From a virus, in IMG/VR virus record IMGVR_UViG_3300037089_000251, positions 40,510 through 104,509 of that record: a stretch of 64,000 bases of DNA. The stretch is one strand, 5' to 3'. Position 1 is the stretch's first letter, and every line of letters begins with the position of its first letter. The position numbers were made by a program, and so were the translations under genes. Shown here piece after piece: positions 17,537 to 27,301 of the stretch. The notes under the pieces were generated by a model. It was given only the letters and a program-made list of their open reading frames with translations. It did not search any database and was not told the DNA's origin.

Positions 17537-19729
17537 ATGGAGAACAAGAAGCTGAACACCATACTGATTCGCCGCAAGGGACTCGTGTTGGTCCCGGATG
17601 CGACTACGCCGTTCCCCACTGGGGCTGATGCCGTCGTTCATCGTGACCGCATGAAGACCCTTCTCGCCACCTTCAACCGGAACCTTCAGGACATCGGCTA
17701 CACCCTGTCGGCGAAGCTCATCAAGGCACTCTGCCTTGCGGACGAGCGCTATGCCCTCAACACCATGAAGTCCATCCTTGAAATCGTCAAGGAACTCGGC
17801 GGCGTCAAGCACTATTACCCGATGTACCCGAACTTCCCCGAGCAGGTCATCCAGATGGAGGAGGCGGAGCTTTACCTGAACGCCGTCTTCCACTACTTCT
17901 CCGACTGGCTCGCCGATATCTCGGGCGACCGGGACTACATCTGGATGCCCCGCTACCACAAGGACCACCGGGAGCCGCTGCACGAGAAGGTCAAGCTGCG
18001 TGTGCTCGACCTCGGCACCGAAGATTATGTGAACACCCTGGCGACCCAGCTTGCCACCGCCAATACCTCCCTGTCGCCGACCGACAAGGCAGACCTGGCA
18101 GTCCTCATCGCCGATTTCAGGAAGCTGCCGGAAGGCATCCCCAACAAGGAGAACCTTGCCTTCGTGGCTTCCGTCCTGTTCCAGAGGGTGGAGGACCTGA
18201 CCCCGTACTTCAAGACCGCCACCGATGTCCTTCGGCTCGCCACGGCGCTGAGCGAGGGGGACGTGTCCCTTGCCGCCCCGTCGAAGTTCCGCAAGTTCAA
18301 GAGGGTCGAACGGCGCAGGCTGCTTGACCTGATTGACCACTGCGGCAACCTTCAGGAGGACATGCTGCGCTTCGAGGGACGGTGGGTGAAGCTCTCCGAG
18401 CGCCTGCACCCCGGCGACTACTGGGACAAGTACCAGAAGGCGTTCTCGGCGATTCAGGCCATCCGCAACGGGCACACCGACCAGACCTTCCGCTCCAAGG
18501 TGGAGGAGGCTGTCCGGGGCGGGAAGGTTAAGGCTGCCGTCGAGCTTCTGGGGGACCGCCCCGGCGAGTTCGGCCGCCGTCTCGACCACTTGGTTCGGAA
18601 GGCCCGCACCAAGGATGCCAAGGTTGCGGCCATCCAGGGATTCCTTGACGTTGCGTCCGTCGCCTCGACCCCCGTGCTGCTCCAGATGATGGCGCACTTC
18701 GACCACCGTCAGGACGGAACGGACAGGACCATCTTCCCCAAGGGGAACGTGGCCAAGGTCATGAGCATCGACCCTCTCCCGGAGATGGACGGGGAGCTTT
18801 CCAAGCTGGTGTCCCGTGGCATCCGCCGTGTCCTCCGCAAGCGGTTCAGCGAGCTACCGGAGCTTGGGAACGTATACCTCGACCCGGCGCTCAAGGACTA
18901 CCTGCTCCCTTTCAGCCAGAGGAGCGCCTCGAAGGCATTGAGGACGCTCGTCCGGGGCAGCCACATCCCGTTCGGATTTTCGGACAAGAACACCATCCGC
19001 CTGTTCATCTGGTGGAAGGAGCCGAAGGGGGGGTTGCAGGGGGAGTGGTCCGACCGTGTGGACCTCGACCTGTCGGCGGTCGCCTATGCCGATGGCTGGA
19101 GGAACTTGGGTGCGGTCGCCTACTACGACTTGCGGAACGACTATGCCCGGCACTCCGGGGACATCACGTCCGCCCCGAAGGGAGCGAGCGAGTTCATTGA
19201 CATCGACATCAACAAGGCGCTTGCGGCCGGTGTCCGCTACATCGTCATGAGCGTCAACAGCTACACCGAGCAGAACCTCTGTGACCTTCCTGAGTGCTAT
19301 GCCGGTTGGATGCTCCGGGAGAAGCCGCAGTCCGGGGAGGTCTATGACCCTCGTACCCTTGAGGACAAGGTTGACCTCGCCATGCAGGCGACGGCGGGAA
19401 TCCCGCTCATCGCCGACCTGGTGGAGCGCAAGCTCATCTGGTGCGATGCCGCCATGTCGGTAAACCGCTACCGCTGGAACAATGTCGAGAGCAACAAGGG
19501 GACCATCGAGCTTCTCGGCAAGGCTCTGGAGAATGTCACCAAGCCGAGCATCTACGACCTGCTCTACCTGCACGCCAAGGCCCGTGGGACGCTCGTGGAA
19601 GACCGTAAGAAGGCGGATGTGGAGTTCTCCGTCGCCAAGGGCACCCAGTATGACCTTGAGAGGCTTGCCTCCGAGTTCATGGCGGATGCCCCCAAGGCGA
19701 TGCCGAAGGCACACACCGCAGCGGCGTAA
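17537..19729 (+). CDS. Large alpha-helical (TROVE-like by inference) protein with C-terminal TerD domain
   Basis: C-terminal VDLDLSA, HSGDITSAP.GASEFIDID is the TerD signature; RPGEF.RRLD in the helical N-terminal region; GAGGAGG RBS. Confidence 0.8.
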   Translation: MENKKLNTILIRRKGLVLVPDATTPFPTGADAVVHRDRMKTLLATFNRNLQDIGYTLSAKLIKALCLADERYALNTMKSILEIVKELGGVKHYYPMYPNFPEQVIQMEEAELYLNAVFHYFSDWLADISGDRDYIWMPRYHKDHREPLHEKVKLRVLDLGTEDYVNTLATQLATANTSLSPTDKADLAVLIADFRKLPEGIPNKENLAFVASVLFQRVEDLTPYFKTATDVLRLATALSEGDVSLAAPSKFRKFKRVERRRLLDLIDHCGNLQEDMLRFEGRWVKLSERLHPGDYWDKYQKAFSAIQAIRNGHTDQTFRSKVEEAVRGGKVKAAVELLGDRPGEFGRRLDHLVRKARTKDAKVAAIQGFLDVASVASTPVLLQMMAHFDHRQDGTDRTIFPKGNVAKVMSIDPLPEMDGELSKLVSRGIRRVLRKRFSELPELGNVYLDPALKDYLLPFSQRSASKALRTLVRGSHIPFGFSDKNTIRLFIWWKEPKGGLQGEWSDRVDLDLSAVAYADGWRNLGAVAYYDLRNDYARHSGDITSAPKGASEFIDIDINKALAAGVRYIVMSVNSYTEQNLCDLPECYAGWMLREKPQSGEVYDPRTLEDKVDLAMQATAGIPLIADLVERKLIWCDAAMSVNRYRWNNVESNKGTIELLGKALENVTKPSIYDLLYLHAKARGTLVEDRKKADVEFSVAKGTQYDLERLASEFMADAPKAMPKAHTAAA

Positions 19730-19735
19730 AGCTTA

Positions 19736-19812
19736 GCTGGCTAATCTGGACCCTTCCTTCTATACTTTGAGAGCCGAAAGGCTCCCGCCAAACAGGTTCC
19801 GGGGTTTCCAGC
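19736..19812 (+). ncRNA. Y/vault-like structured RNA, copy 3
   Basis: GCTGG-CTAAT-CTGGACCCT-TCCTTCTA...AGGTTCCGG-GGTTT-CCAGC, with an extra GAAA-tetraloop hairpin. Confidence 0.65.
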
Positions 19813-19919
19813 GGATACTAGAGGGTGGCTCAAGGGGTATCATTAAATTGAAAACCCCATCGGCTGCCCTCTTTTATTTTACAACACCCGTATGAATACA
19901 AAATATTTAATTCGTCTAT

Positions 19920-20528
19920 ATGACTAAGGAAGTCTTCCTCTATCGGTATCTGCATCCCTTCTTCTCAGAATCTTGGATTTATGTGGGTCAAACAACAAAT
20001 CCAGACTACAGGGACTCTTCCCATCGTCGGGGGACTAGGGCGTTCGGTCATCGTTTTAATGAGCGGTTTCCTGGTACTCCACTACCTAAGCCCGAAATTT
20101 TTGGAAATTCCTTCTCTACCAAAGCCAATGCTGATTGGGCTGAGATAGAGGCGATGTTCCGATTCCACACTTGGCATGGCTATCCAGGCGGGATGAACCT
20201 AACCCTTCCTGGCTCTCAGGATTATACTAATATCGGTCGTATCGGTGGTTTAAGTGTCTCTACTGAGGCGGCTATTTTGCGTGGCAAGAAGGGAAACAAA
20301 GGACTATCCCGTGAAGACAAAGTCAAGGGGGGAAGAATGGGAGCCAGAAACCAGCCCTTGGAAGCTCGGTCCCGTGGTGGGAAAAACCAACCGTGGGAAA
20401 CAAAGGTTCGTATCGGTCGTATTGGCGGTCTGCTGGGCGGACCGATTGGGGGGAAAATTACGGCTTGCCTCCGCTGGAACGTCAACCGTGGCAAGCCCTG
20501 CACCTGCGGGAAGCATGTGACTCCTTAA
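19920..20528 (+). CDS. GIY-YIG-like homing endonuclease with Gly-rich repeat tail
   Basis: FLYRY...IYVGQT...R..H, GMNLT; low GC. Confidence 0.65.
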   Translation: MTKEVFLYRYLHPFFSESWIYVGQTTNPDYRDSSHRRGTRAFGHRFNERFPGTPLPKPEIFGNSFSTKANADWAEIEAMFRFHTWHGYPGGMNLTLPGSQDYTNIGRIGGLSVSTEAAILRGKKGNKGLSREDKVKGGRMGARNQPLEARSRGGKNQPWETKVRIGRIGGLLGGPIGGKITACLRWNVNRGKPCTCGKHVTP

Positions 20529-20583
20529 AAATCCCCCGTAAAACTCGGTTATGCTGTGTATACTATGGGTGGAGGCAATCACC

Positions 20584-20799
20584 ATGGCTTTTGATTCCTT
20601 GCTAAACTTCGAGCCTGACCCTCCCGACCATATGGCCACCCAGAAGGAGGCCGACCAGGAGTATGCCCGCAATGTGGGGCATGAGCGCCGTGGCCAAGCT
20701 TGGATTCTGGCGGATACCGACGTGTGGTACCGCAACCCCTACTACAGCGGGCCTCCTGTCCCCCACCCGGAGGAAGAACCGGAAGGAGCCTATGCCTAA
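20584..20799 (+). CDS. Hypothetical phage protein (W..NPYY.GPP.PHPE)
   Basis: GGAGG RBS after a promoter motif. Confidence 0.65.
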   Translation: MAFDSLLNFEPDPPDHMATQKEADQEYARNVGHERRGQAWILADTDVWYRNPYYSGPPVPHPEEEPEGAYA

Positions 20800-20983
20800 A
20801 ATCATCAAGGTCAGCGACCTCAGGGTCGGGGACATCCTGCACCACCGGAACATCGGGCTGGTCCAGTATACGGACGATGCGGCCGAGTTACAAAGAACCA
20901 ACCCCGACCCTACCTCCATCTTCGTGCAGTACCGGGGGGCGGTCATCGAGGTCAGCGTCCATCTGGTGGACAAGTCCGCCTGA
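20792..20983 (+). CDS. Hypothetical protein
   Basis: AAGGAG RBS; overlaps upstream stop. Confidence 0.55.
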   Translation: MPKIIKVSDLRVGDILHHRNIGLVQYTDDAAELQRTNPDPTSIFVQYRGAVIEVSVHLVDKSA

Positions 20984-21482
20984 GGGGTGTGAGTGGAATT
21001 AGCCTGTATCGTCCCCAACTGACTCGTTCGAGCCATTTCTTCCGCCGTAGAGATTCGATTACATTGTCGGCGGCTTTTTTACTGGAGCCTAGCAGGGCGA
21101 TGATTTCGGTTCTGTTTACCTTTGTCCTTTTCTGCTCCTCCATCGTGAGCACGACCTTGGCTTCTTGTCGTGACAAAGTCCGTGGAAGGGCAGGTTTAAT
21201 GGGCTTTACGGGAGGAAAATGGACTCCGATGCTTCTGATGTCATCAGGAGATAGGCGGAACCACTCATAGTGGACATGTTTTTCAGAGAATTGCTGATGT
21301 AACCGTTTCTCTCCTGCTGGAGCGTTGTCTGAGTATGCTGTGGCTGCTATCCTTAGGATAACCGGTGAGCCTACCTGCAAGTGATGGAGCCTGTTTTCCT
21401 GAGGGTGGCGACGAGAATACCCAATTTTATAGACGCCAAGCTCGTCATTGCCGATGACATACACATAGCCTTTAAGTCGCAT
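20952..21482 (-). CDS. T5orf172/GIY-YIG domain fused to an AbiEi-like winged helix
   Basis: YVYVIG...YKIGYS...RL..LQ.G...EK.LH..F...EWF; C-terminal LRRKKWLERVSWGRY. Confidence 0.7.
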   Translation of the reverse strand: MRLKGYVYVIGNDELGVYKIGYSRRHPQENRLHHLQVGSPVILRIAATAYSDNAPAGEKRLHQQFSEKHVHYEWFRLSPDDIRSIGVHFPPVKPIKPALPRTLSRQEAKVVLTMEEQKRTKVNRTEIIALLGSSKKAADNVIESLRRKKWLERVSWGRYRLIPLTPLRRTCPPDGR

Positions 21483-21576
21483 TTTTATCTCCATTAGATA
21501 ATAATGGAAGTCAATTATTTTCAATACTCTGTGCAAATAACCCCCCTTTGTAGGGGTTTTTGATGAAAGGAATAAC

Positions 21577-21948
21577 ATGAAGAAACCCATCGACGACACC
21601 TGCAAGGACTATCCCATCCAGCCCAAGGACATCAATACCTCGGAGCACTTCTGGTCGGCGTTCGGAGAGCACGACACGGAGGTATCCGCCGCCTACATCG
21701 TCATGCTCTGCCAGAATAACAAGGGATGGAAGCCCTTCACCTTCGAGGAAATCAACCGGTTGTACAAGTGCAACAAGGACCCGGAGACGCTGGACTATGA
21801 CTTCAACAACCTCAGGGCGTGGAATATCCCCCTCAACCAAGAACAATACCAGTACATTCAGCATGGCGAGGACGGCAAGTTCCGGGTCACGCACGAGTTC
21901 GTCACCGCCTGCTTCGGGTCGTCCCCCAGTAAGGACAGGCTGAGATAG
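21577..21948 (+). CDS. Hypothetical protein
   Basis: AAGGA RBS, codon usage. Confidence 0.6.
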   Translation: MKKPIDDTCKDYPIQPKDINTSEHFWSAFGEHDTEVSAAYIVMLCQNNKGWKPFTFEEINRLYKCNKDPETLDYDFNNLRAWNIPLNQEQYQYIQHGEDGKFRVTHEFVTACFGSSPSKDRLR

Positions 21949-22003
21949 GCGGAATCCTCTAAGATTAGGGTTTTCCCGGTGTATACTGTACTTGGGAGAA
22001 TAC

Positions 22004-22825
22004 ATGGCAAAGAGTGTTCGACAACCAAAATACGTTGCGCCCACGACCTATGAGGGGTGGCTGGCGGAGGCGCACGCCGAGTGGGCCAGCCGCAACCGGC
22101 ACTTCCATCCGTCCCCCGACCCCACCTACCAGTATGTCGTGGGGGAAGAGGTTGAGTTCCACGGGTACAAGGATGTCCGGGTCGAGGAAATACTGGACGG
22201 CGGGATGCGCCTGCACCTGAGCTATCAGGACATCAGCAAGACCTCCGATGGCTTCTTCGACCGTGGCCGCAAGCCCAAGCTGGCTTGGTGGTTCGATGTC
22301 ATCCCCAAGAAGCATATCGAGCCGACCGCCTTCTCCCGTGAGCGCATCCGTGCGCAGTATATCGGGACATCCTTGGACAGCCTTATCCACACCTGCTACT
22401 TCCGGGGTCTGCTTGACAACCCCGACTACCAGCGGGACTACGTGTGGACGCTGGAGGACAAGCAGCGGCTAGTCCGCAGCATCTTCAACCGCTGCGACAT
22501 CGGCAAGTTCGTGCTCATATCCTTCCCCGAAACCGAGGAACTGGAGGTCGTGGACGGCAAGCAGCGGCTCCGGGCGATACTCGACTTCATCGAGGGGCGC
22601 TACCCGTTCGAGGGGAAGTACTGGAATCAGCTTTCTTGGAAGGACCGCCACTCCTTCAACGACATCATGGTGCAGTACTGCGAACTGGATAGTACTATGG
22701 TGAAGAAGTCCGATATCCTGTGGCTCTTCCTGAGCATCAATGCCGGGGGCGTGCCGCAGACCGAGGAGCACATCGCCAAGGCTAAGAGGATGTACGAGGC
22801 AGAACTGGCGAAGGAGAATAGCTAA
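22004..22825 (+). CDS. DUF262 (ParB/Srx-fold) domain protein
   Basis: PDYQRDYVW, VVDGKQRL, FLSINAGG. Confidence 0.85.
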   Translation: MAKSVRQPKYVAPTTYEGWLAEAHAEWASRNRHFHPSPDPTYQYVVGEEVEFHGYKDVRVEEILDGGMRLHLSYQDISKTSDGFFDRGRKPKLAWWFDVIPKKHIEPTAFSRERIRAQYIGTSLDSLIHTCYFRGLLDNPDYQRDYVWTLEDKQRLVRSIFNRCDIGKFVLISFPETEELEVVDGKQRLRAILDFIEGRYPFEGKYWNQLSWKDRHSFNDIMVQYCELDSTMVKKSDILWLFLSINAGGVPQTEEHIAKAKRMYEAELAKENS

Positions 22826-24427
22826 TGGCAATCAGGGTCATCAGGAAGCCTCCCGAGGAGAAGCCACAGGAAATCGAATGCCCCGAGTGCCATGCAGCCT
22901 TGGAGTACCTGCCCTCGGATGTCAAGCACCAGAGCGACTACGGGGAGAGTTGGGACGAGATTACATGCCCCAATTGCAGCAAGAGAGTCTACATGAACAG
23001 CGATAGCAACTGGAGGTAGCCATGGCAAAGAAACGGCAAGCCAGACCCATGAAACCGGATGAGGTGGGGGCAAAGAAAAGAGGGCTGTTCCCTTCCGAGG
23101 TCTTCCACGCCTTCGACGAGCTTATCGCCAAGGACTTCCAGGACGGTCAGGCGGTGGTCGGCCAGTGGAAGGTCATCGACCTCATGGTCAAGAAGGGGCT
23201 TAAACGGGATAAGATATTCAGCGAGGGGTGGCTCAACATCGAGAGCGTCTACGAGGACGCCGGGTGGGACGTGTACTACGACAAGCCGGGGTTCAATGAG
23301 GACTACGAGCCGAGCTTCCACTTCACCAAGAAGGAGTAACCATGTTCTCGACCAAGACGAAGAGGCAGATTGCCGACGCCGTGCAGAGAATCCTCCGGGA
23401 CACCAAGGACTGGGAGCTACCGCAGGGCGAGATTACCTTCCACCTGCATGTGGACGGGGATGACCCGAACATGTCGTGGGCGGACATCCGCAACAACGGG
23501 GCTGTTGCCTTTACCCCGGAGGAGCAGGAAGCTCTGCCGGAAGCCCCGGCGTTCGCCGGGGACATGCGGGTATTCTATGCGCTTGTGCCCAAAAAGGGGG
23601 GATAGGATGGTCATCAAGTTCAAATCAGGTGAAGACTTTGAGGAAGTCACCATCCCGGCAATCGACGGGAAACTCGTGGACGGCATCCTCAGGCAGCTCA
23701 GGCTCACCCTGAAGGCACAGGAGGACGCAGCCCGTGCGCAGGAGAGGCTCGCCGACGAGCAGGCTAAGGCCACCAAGGCCGGTATCGACGCCCTGGCGTA
23801 GATTTCTGCCCTCAATAAGGAACTGTCCAAGCCATAATGTGGACCCCTTTTGCTGCCCGTACTGCCTCAGCCCGCTGACCGAGGAGTGTCGGGATGACCG
23901 AGCCAAGACTGTGTTCTGGTTCGGCTATCCCGATGGGGTTCAATATGCCCACTCAAAGTGCTGGGGAGACGACCAGCTTAATCCCATTCCCCGTACAGAT
24001 TTTCCCCAAAAAAACGGTATTCTTAAGCATGAGAACCGAGACTGGCCTCTTGCTTGAACGCCTCTTCCACGACCTCCCCCGGAGATACATGCTGTGCTGG
24101 GCGGGGCAGGGGGAGGAGGAGGTCTACGACTGTGCTTGCTGCATGGTGGGGGTGGACGACCCGAACGTGAAGGATTGCCCCTGTGTCTGCCACTTCCGCA
24201 TCGAGAAGATGGCCAGAGACCCGGAGATTGCCCTTTGGCTTACCGCCATGAAGGCGATGGACCGGATGCCGGAAGAGGCGGAGAAGATTTGCAACCTGCC
24301 CCCCGAGCCTGCGGGACCCCGGAATACAAAATTACCCGGAGCCAAGGATGCCTGGAACAAGATGTGGGCAGTGCTCATCGTGTTCGCCGCCGCCATCATG
24401 TTCGCAGCGGCGGTAATGTACAAGTGA
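22825..24427 (+). other. Cluster of small hypothetical CDSs (22825-23019 Zn ribbon, 23022-23339, 23342-23605, 23607-23801, 24029-24427)
   Basis: Head-to-tail ORFs with RBSs and phage-like codon usage. Confidence 0.55.
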
Positions 24428-24433
24428 GGAAAC

Positions 24434-24790
24434 ATGAACCACGACATCAGCAGTGCGAGCAGACCTTGCCTTACGGCGGTACACAACAAGCTATGGGGCG
24501 AGGTAATGCTGGAGCGGGAGCGCCAAGAGTATAAGACTTGGGGCTTCACCTTCGACAAGGCCAACACCATAAACGACTGGGCGGCATACGCCAACATCTA
24601 CCTCGGGAAGGCAACCTCCATCAAGGCCACCCCCGTGGAGCAGAGGGTCAACATCCTCAAGGCGGCCACCCTGCTCATCGGGGCGCTGGAGACCTTTGAC
24701 CTCAACGGGGGATTTGCCCCCCGGCACTACGACCCGGAGCACGCCAACCCCACCATCCCGATTGACCAGACGAGGGTGAGAACCGTATGA
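24434..24790 (+). CDS. Possible MazG-like nucleotide pyrophosphohydrolase
   Basis: ERERQ..WG...D..NT..DW helical pattern. Confidence 0.4.
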   Translation: MNHDISSASRPCLTAVHNKLWGEVMLERERQEYKTWGFTFDKANTINDWAAYANIYLGKATSIKATPVEQRVNILKAATLLIGALETFDLNGGFAPRHYDPEHANPTIPIDQTRVRTV

Positions 24791-26110
24791 CGGAAGACCA
24801 GTATGTTGACAAGCACCTTGCCACTCTCGGTTTCAAGCCAGTGGAGAAGTCCGGCTGGTGCCCTGTCCGTGACAACTGGGGAATCCCCCCATTGTGGATG
24901 GCGAAGCTCGGAATAGGATGGTGGTGGGTCGGTCTTAAAAGGTATATCAAGGGGCTTTTCGTTCCCCTTCCCCAGTGGGCTAGCAGGATAACCTACCATG
25001 AGGACGTGGGGTTCGGCGGAACCCCGAGAACCATCCTCGCCGAGTATGACGGCGGCGGGGCGTGGCGCTACACCGTGACCAACCGGGACGGCACCGTGGT
25101 CGTGGTCAAGGAGAACGACTACGAGTCGATAAACCACTACATCAGGACAGGCAAGGCGACCTACATCCCACAGAAGTGCAAGGGGCCAGAGGTAACCTTC
25201 GACGGTAATAAGCTGGATAATGGATGGCGGGCTATCTCCCTTGGCGGCAGCGAGGTTCCCGAGGCTCTCCCGAAAGACAAGAACGCCGAAGAAAAGGGGG
25301 CATACTTGGTCAAGACCCCTACCCGACCGGGGTGGGTAAGGGAATACATCCATTCCCATATGTCCAAGGTTCCCCAAGAAAGCCTTGACCAACTGGATGC
25401 CGAGATTGCGAAGATTCTCATCCTCGCCCCGGACGAGGATATCCCCCTGTCCTCCTTCATGGAAGGTCTTGACGAGGGCTACAAGAGGATTGTAGACGAG
25501 GCTGAGGAAGCGTACAAGAAAGCCGCAGGCATCGAAGAATGAGGGAAGCGGGTTAGCCATGGCAAAAGTCAGGGTGAAGAAAGTCCATCCCCCCGAGAGC
25601 GAGTCATGGGGGGCGGGAGACAGCGTCTACTGGAAAGCTAAAGGCGGACCCAAGGCGACAGAAAATCTGAGAAAAAAGCGCCTTAAGATTTCCGGCATCT
25701 CCACCCCCCGCCCGTCCCGTGGTCAGCTTGCTTGGCTCTCAAGGGAGATAGCCAAAGGTTATTCCCCTAAGAAGGACGCAAAAGAGGAGTCTTCTTCCAG
25801 CAAGTGGTTATGGAACCACGGCTGGATATACATGGGAATACACGGTCGTGGCGGAGGTATGGGTTACGGCGTATGGCATGAGTTTGAACATCCCAAGTAT
25901 GGAACCTTGGCATTTGAAGCCAGTGCTTACTGGGCAGACAAGCTGGTGGTAGCGAAGGAAGAAAAGGCATACTGCTACCGAAACTTCTATGATTGGTACC
26001 TCCTGCCGCACAACTCGGACTTTTTCCTTGATATAAAATTCTCAGGGCAGGGGTTCGAGGAACTGGAGGAGGTCTTGAGGGAGATAGACCTCGGGTACTA
26101 CGCAGCTTAG
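24787..26110 (+). other. Two hypothetical CDSs (24787-25542, 25559-26110)
   Basis: Long ORFs in operon. Confidence 0.55.
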
Positions 26111-26119
26111 GCTAACGAT

Positions 26120-26722
26120 ATGAAACCAGGAACAAAGAACCTGCTGTTCGGCGAGCACCAGATAATCATCCACTCGCTCTTCGTCGCCCGTGCGTGGTGG
26201 CGGCTGTTTGGGTTCCCTAAGCAACTAGCCTTGTGGGCATGCTTCTTCCTGCACGACATCGGGTACTGGGGAAAGAACGACATCGACGGCGAGGATGGCC
26301 GGAACCACCCGGAGCTTGGGGCACAGATAATCCACTGGCTATTCGACAAGAAGGGGAAGTCGGAATACTGGTTCATCCAGCCGCCCGTATGGTATGAGTT
26401 CTGCCTCTACCACTCCCGATATTACGCCAAGAAGGAAGACCACCCGATATCCTCCCTTGCGCTGGCCGACAAGATGGCATTCGTCATCACCCCATGGTGG
26501 ATTTTCCTCCCTCTGGCCAAGCTATCGGGGGGACTCAAGGAGTACCTCAAGCTCTATGAGCACAACACCACCAGCCTGCGGGAGTGGCACAGGAAGGCAA
26601 AAGAATCCTGCTGGGATTGGATATACCGGACGATGGAACAACCGCATCCGATGAAGGGGTATTATACTTCGTGGGAAAGGCAGAAGGGCGATGCCCAAGT
26701 ACCCCCTGTCGAAGAAGGCTAG
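26120..26722 (+). CDS. HD-superfamily-like protein
   Basis: H...LHDIGY...HPELGA...YHSR...ADK. Confidence 0.6.
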   Translation: MKPGTKNLLFGEHQIIIHSLFVARAWWRLFGFPKQLALWACFFLHDIGYWGKNDIDGEDGRNHPELGAQIIHWLFDKKGKSEYWFIQPPVWYEFCLYHSRYYAKKEDHPISSLALADKMAFVITPWWIFLPLAKLSGGLKEYLKLYEHNTTSLREWHRKAKESCWDWIYRTMEQPHPMKGYYTSWERQKGDAQVPPVEEG

Positions 26723-26830
26723 GAAGTGGCTGTGGGAGGAGTTCCTTAAAGAACTGGAGCGCCTACGGCATATCGGTCAGAAGCCGCCAATCAAGCGGCG
26801 GTGGCACTCTAAGTGGCGCTAGGAGGGCAT

Positions 26831-27066
26831 ATGGAGCTTTCAGATATCGAAGTCATGCAGACCCCCGAGGAGTGGCCACATCGGGTCGTGCTGCCTCTAA
26901 AGAGGTACTCCAAGACTCCGGGTTCATCACCAACAAGACCGGATGCAGGGTTTTCCTTGAGAATATATTCAGTATCTCCTTGGGAGAGACGCCGCTTGAG
27001 TTGGTGAAGTCCAAGCAGTACGACTCGTTCGAGGCCATCTTGGCGGATGGCTGGATGGTGGATTGA
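26831..27066 (+). pseudogene. Small gene split by an apparent frameshift near 26910
   Basis: MELSDIEVMQTPEEWP..VLPLKR in one frame; GFI...YDSFEAILADGWMVD in the -1 frame. Confidence 0.5.
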
Positions 27067-27114
27067 CGATTATCGGGGAAGCCTGCATCAAATAGCACTG
27101 ACGAGGAGGAGCAT

Positions 27115-27291
27115 ATGAAGGTATGGGAAGTGGAGTCCAGGTGGAGCAAGCAATTGGTAAAGGCCAGTTGCCTTTTGGTAGCCTGCAACAAGTATGTCAG
27201 GCAGGCGAAGAAGGAGCTTAACGCCGTGCGGCGTTCGCTCAGGTGCAGCCCGGAGCCGACTGCCGTCAGGCTCGTCGGCGAGGCCATCTAA
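27115..27291 (+). CDS. Small hypothetical protein (58 aa)
   Basis: GAGGAGGAG RBS; ends just before the helicase. Confidence 0.5.
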   Translation: MKVWEVESRWSKQLVKASCLLVACNKYVRQAKKELNAVRRSLRCSPEPTAVRLVGEAI

Positions 27292-27301
27292 CAGAAACCC
27301 T

